A stretch of 20,000 nucleotides of DNA from Asterionella formosa. Lineage: Eukaryota. Below the pieces are notes generated by a model. The model had not been told where the DNA came from, did not search any database, and worked only from the letters and a program-made list of their open reading frames with translations. The stretch covers positions 47,684-67,683 of the forward strand of contig NKIB01012926.1 in NCBI GenBank assembly GCA_002256025.1, read 5' to 3'. A program made the translations under genes and the position numbers. Shown here one piece after another: positions 19,810-20,000 of the stretch (positions within the stretch are counted from its first letter, which is position 1; each line of letters starts with the position of its first letter).

Positions 19810-20000
19810 ATAGATATACTTATTTTTAGTAAATCATATCATATATATTTAGTCAATGCACTCTGAACTACACTTTGAATGCTATTAATTGTTAAACAAA
19901 GACTCAATTGTAAACACCTGGTAAATTGAATATTTTGATCAATATGTTGTAACAAAGAAATTACCTTTGCACAATACCTGTTGATGCCACTGTCTACACA

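Noticed and set aside
19070..19850. MULE TIR pair between ~19070-19105 and ~19820-19850
   Set aside because: Similarity is limited to low-complexity AT-rich sequence.

Overview
Eukaryotic nuclear DNA, almost certainly from a diatom, as shown by an Lhcf-type fucoxanthin-chlorophyll protein with an ASAFAP-like plastid signal and diatom-type Ty1/copia remnants. There are four host genes: an OTU-like cysteine protease (1-750), Lhcf/fcp (8391-8984), a QSOX-like protein that appears to lack both redox CxxC motifs (minus strand, 11543-13420), and a split, P-loop-less COG3899/STAND-TPR-like gene (13815-16270). Between them lie many decayed mobile elements: a copia gag remnant joined to the RT-RNaseH-3'LTR end of a second copia, a TA-flanked foldback MITE, a TTA-flanked PIF/Harbinger-like non-autonomous element, another copia RT fragment, a Crypton-like tyrosine recombinase pseudogene and an internally deleted Mutator-like element. 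The most notable observation is a 249-bp insertion in the Crypton frame, flanked by a perfect 12-bp direct repeat and carrying a tRNA-Ala-derived head, which makes it a candidate diatom SINE. A self-complementary (WGGTACC)n repeat also recurs in intergenic and promoter regions. All family assignments come from recognising motifs by eye, not from database searches.
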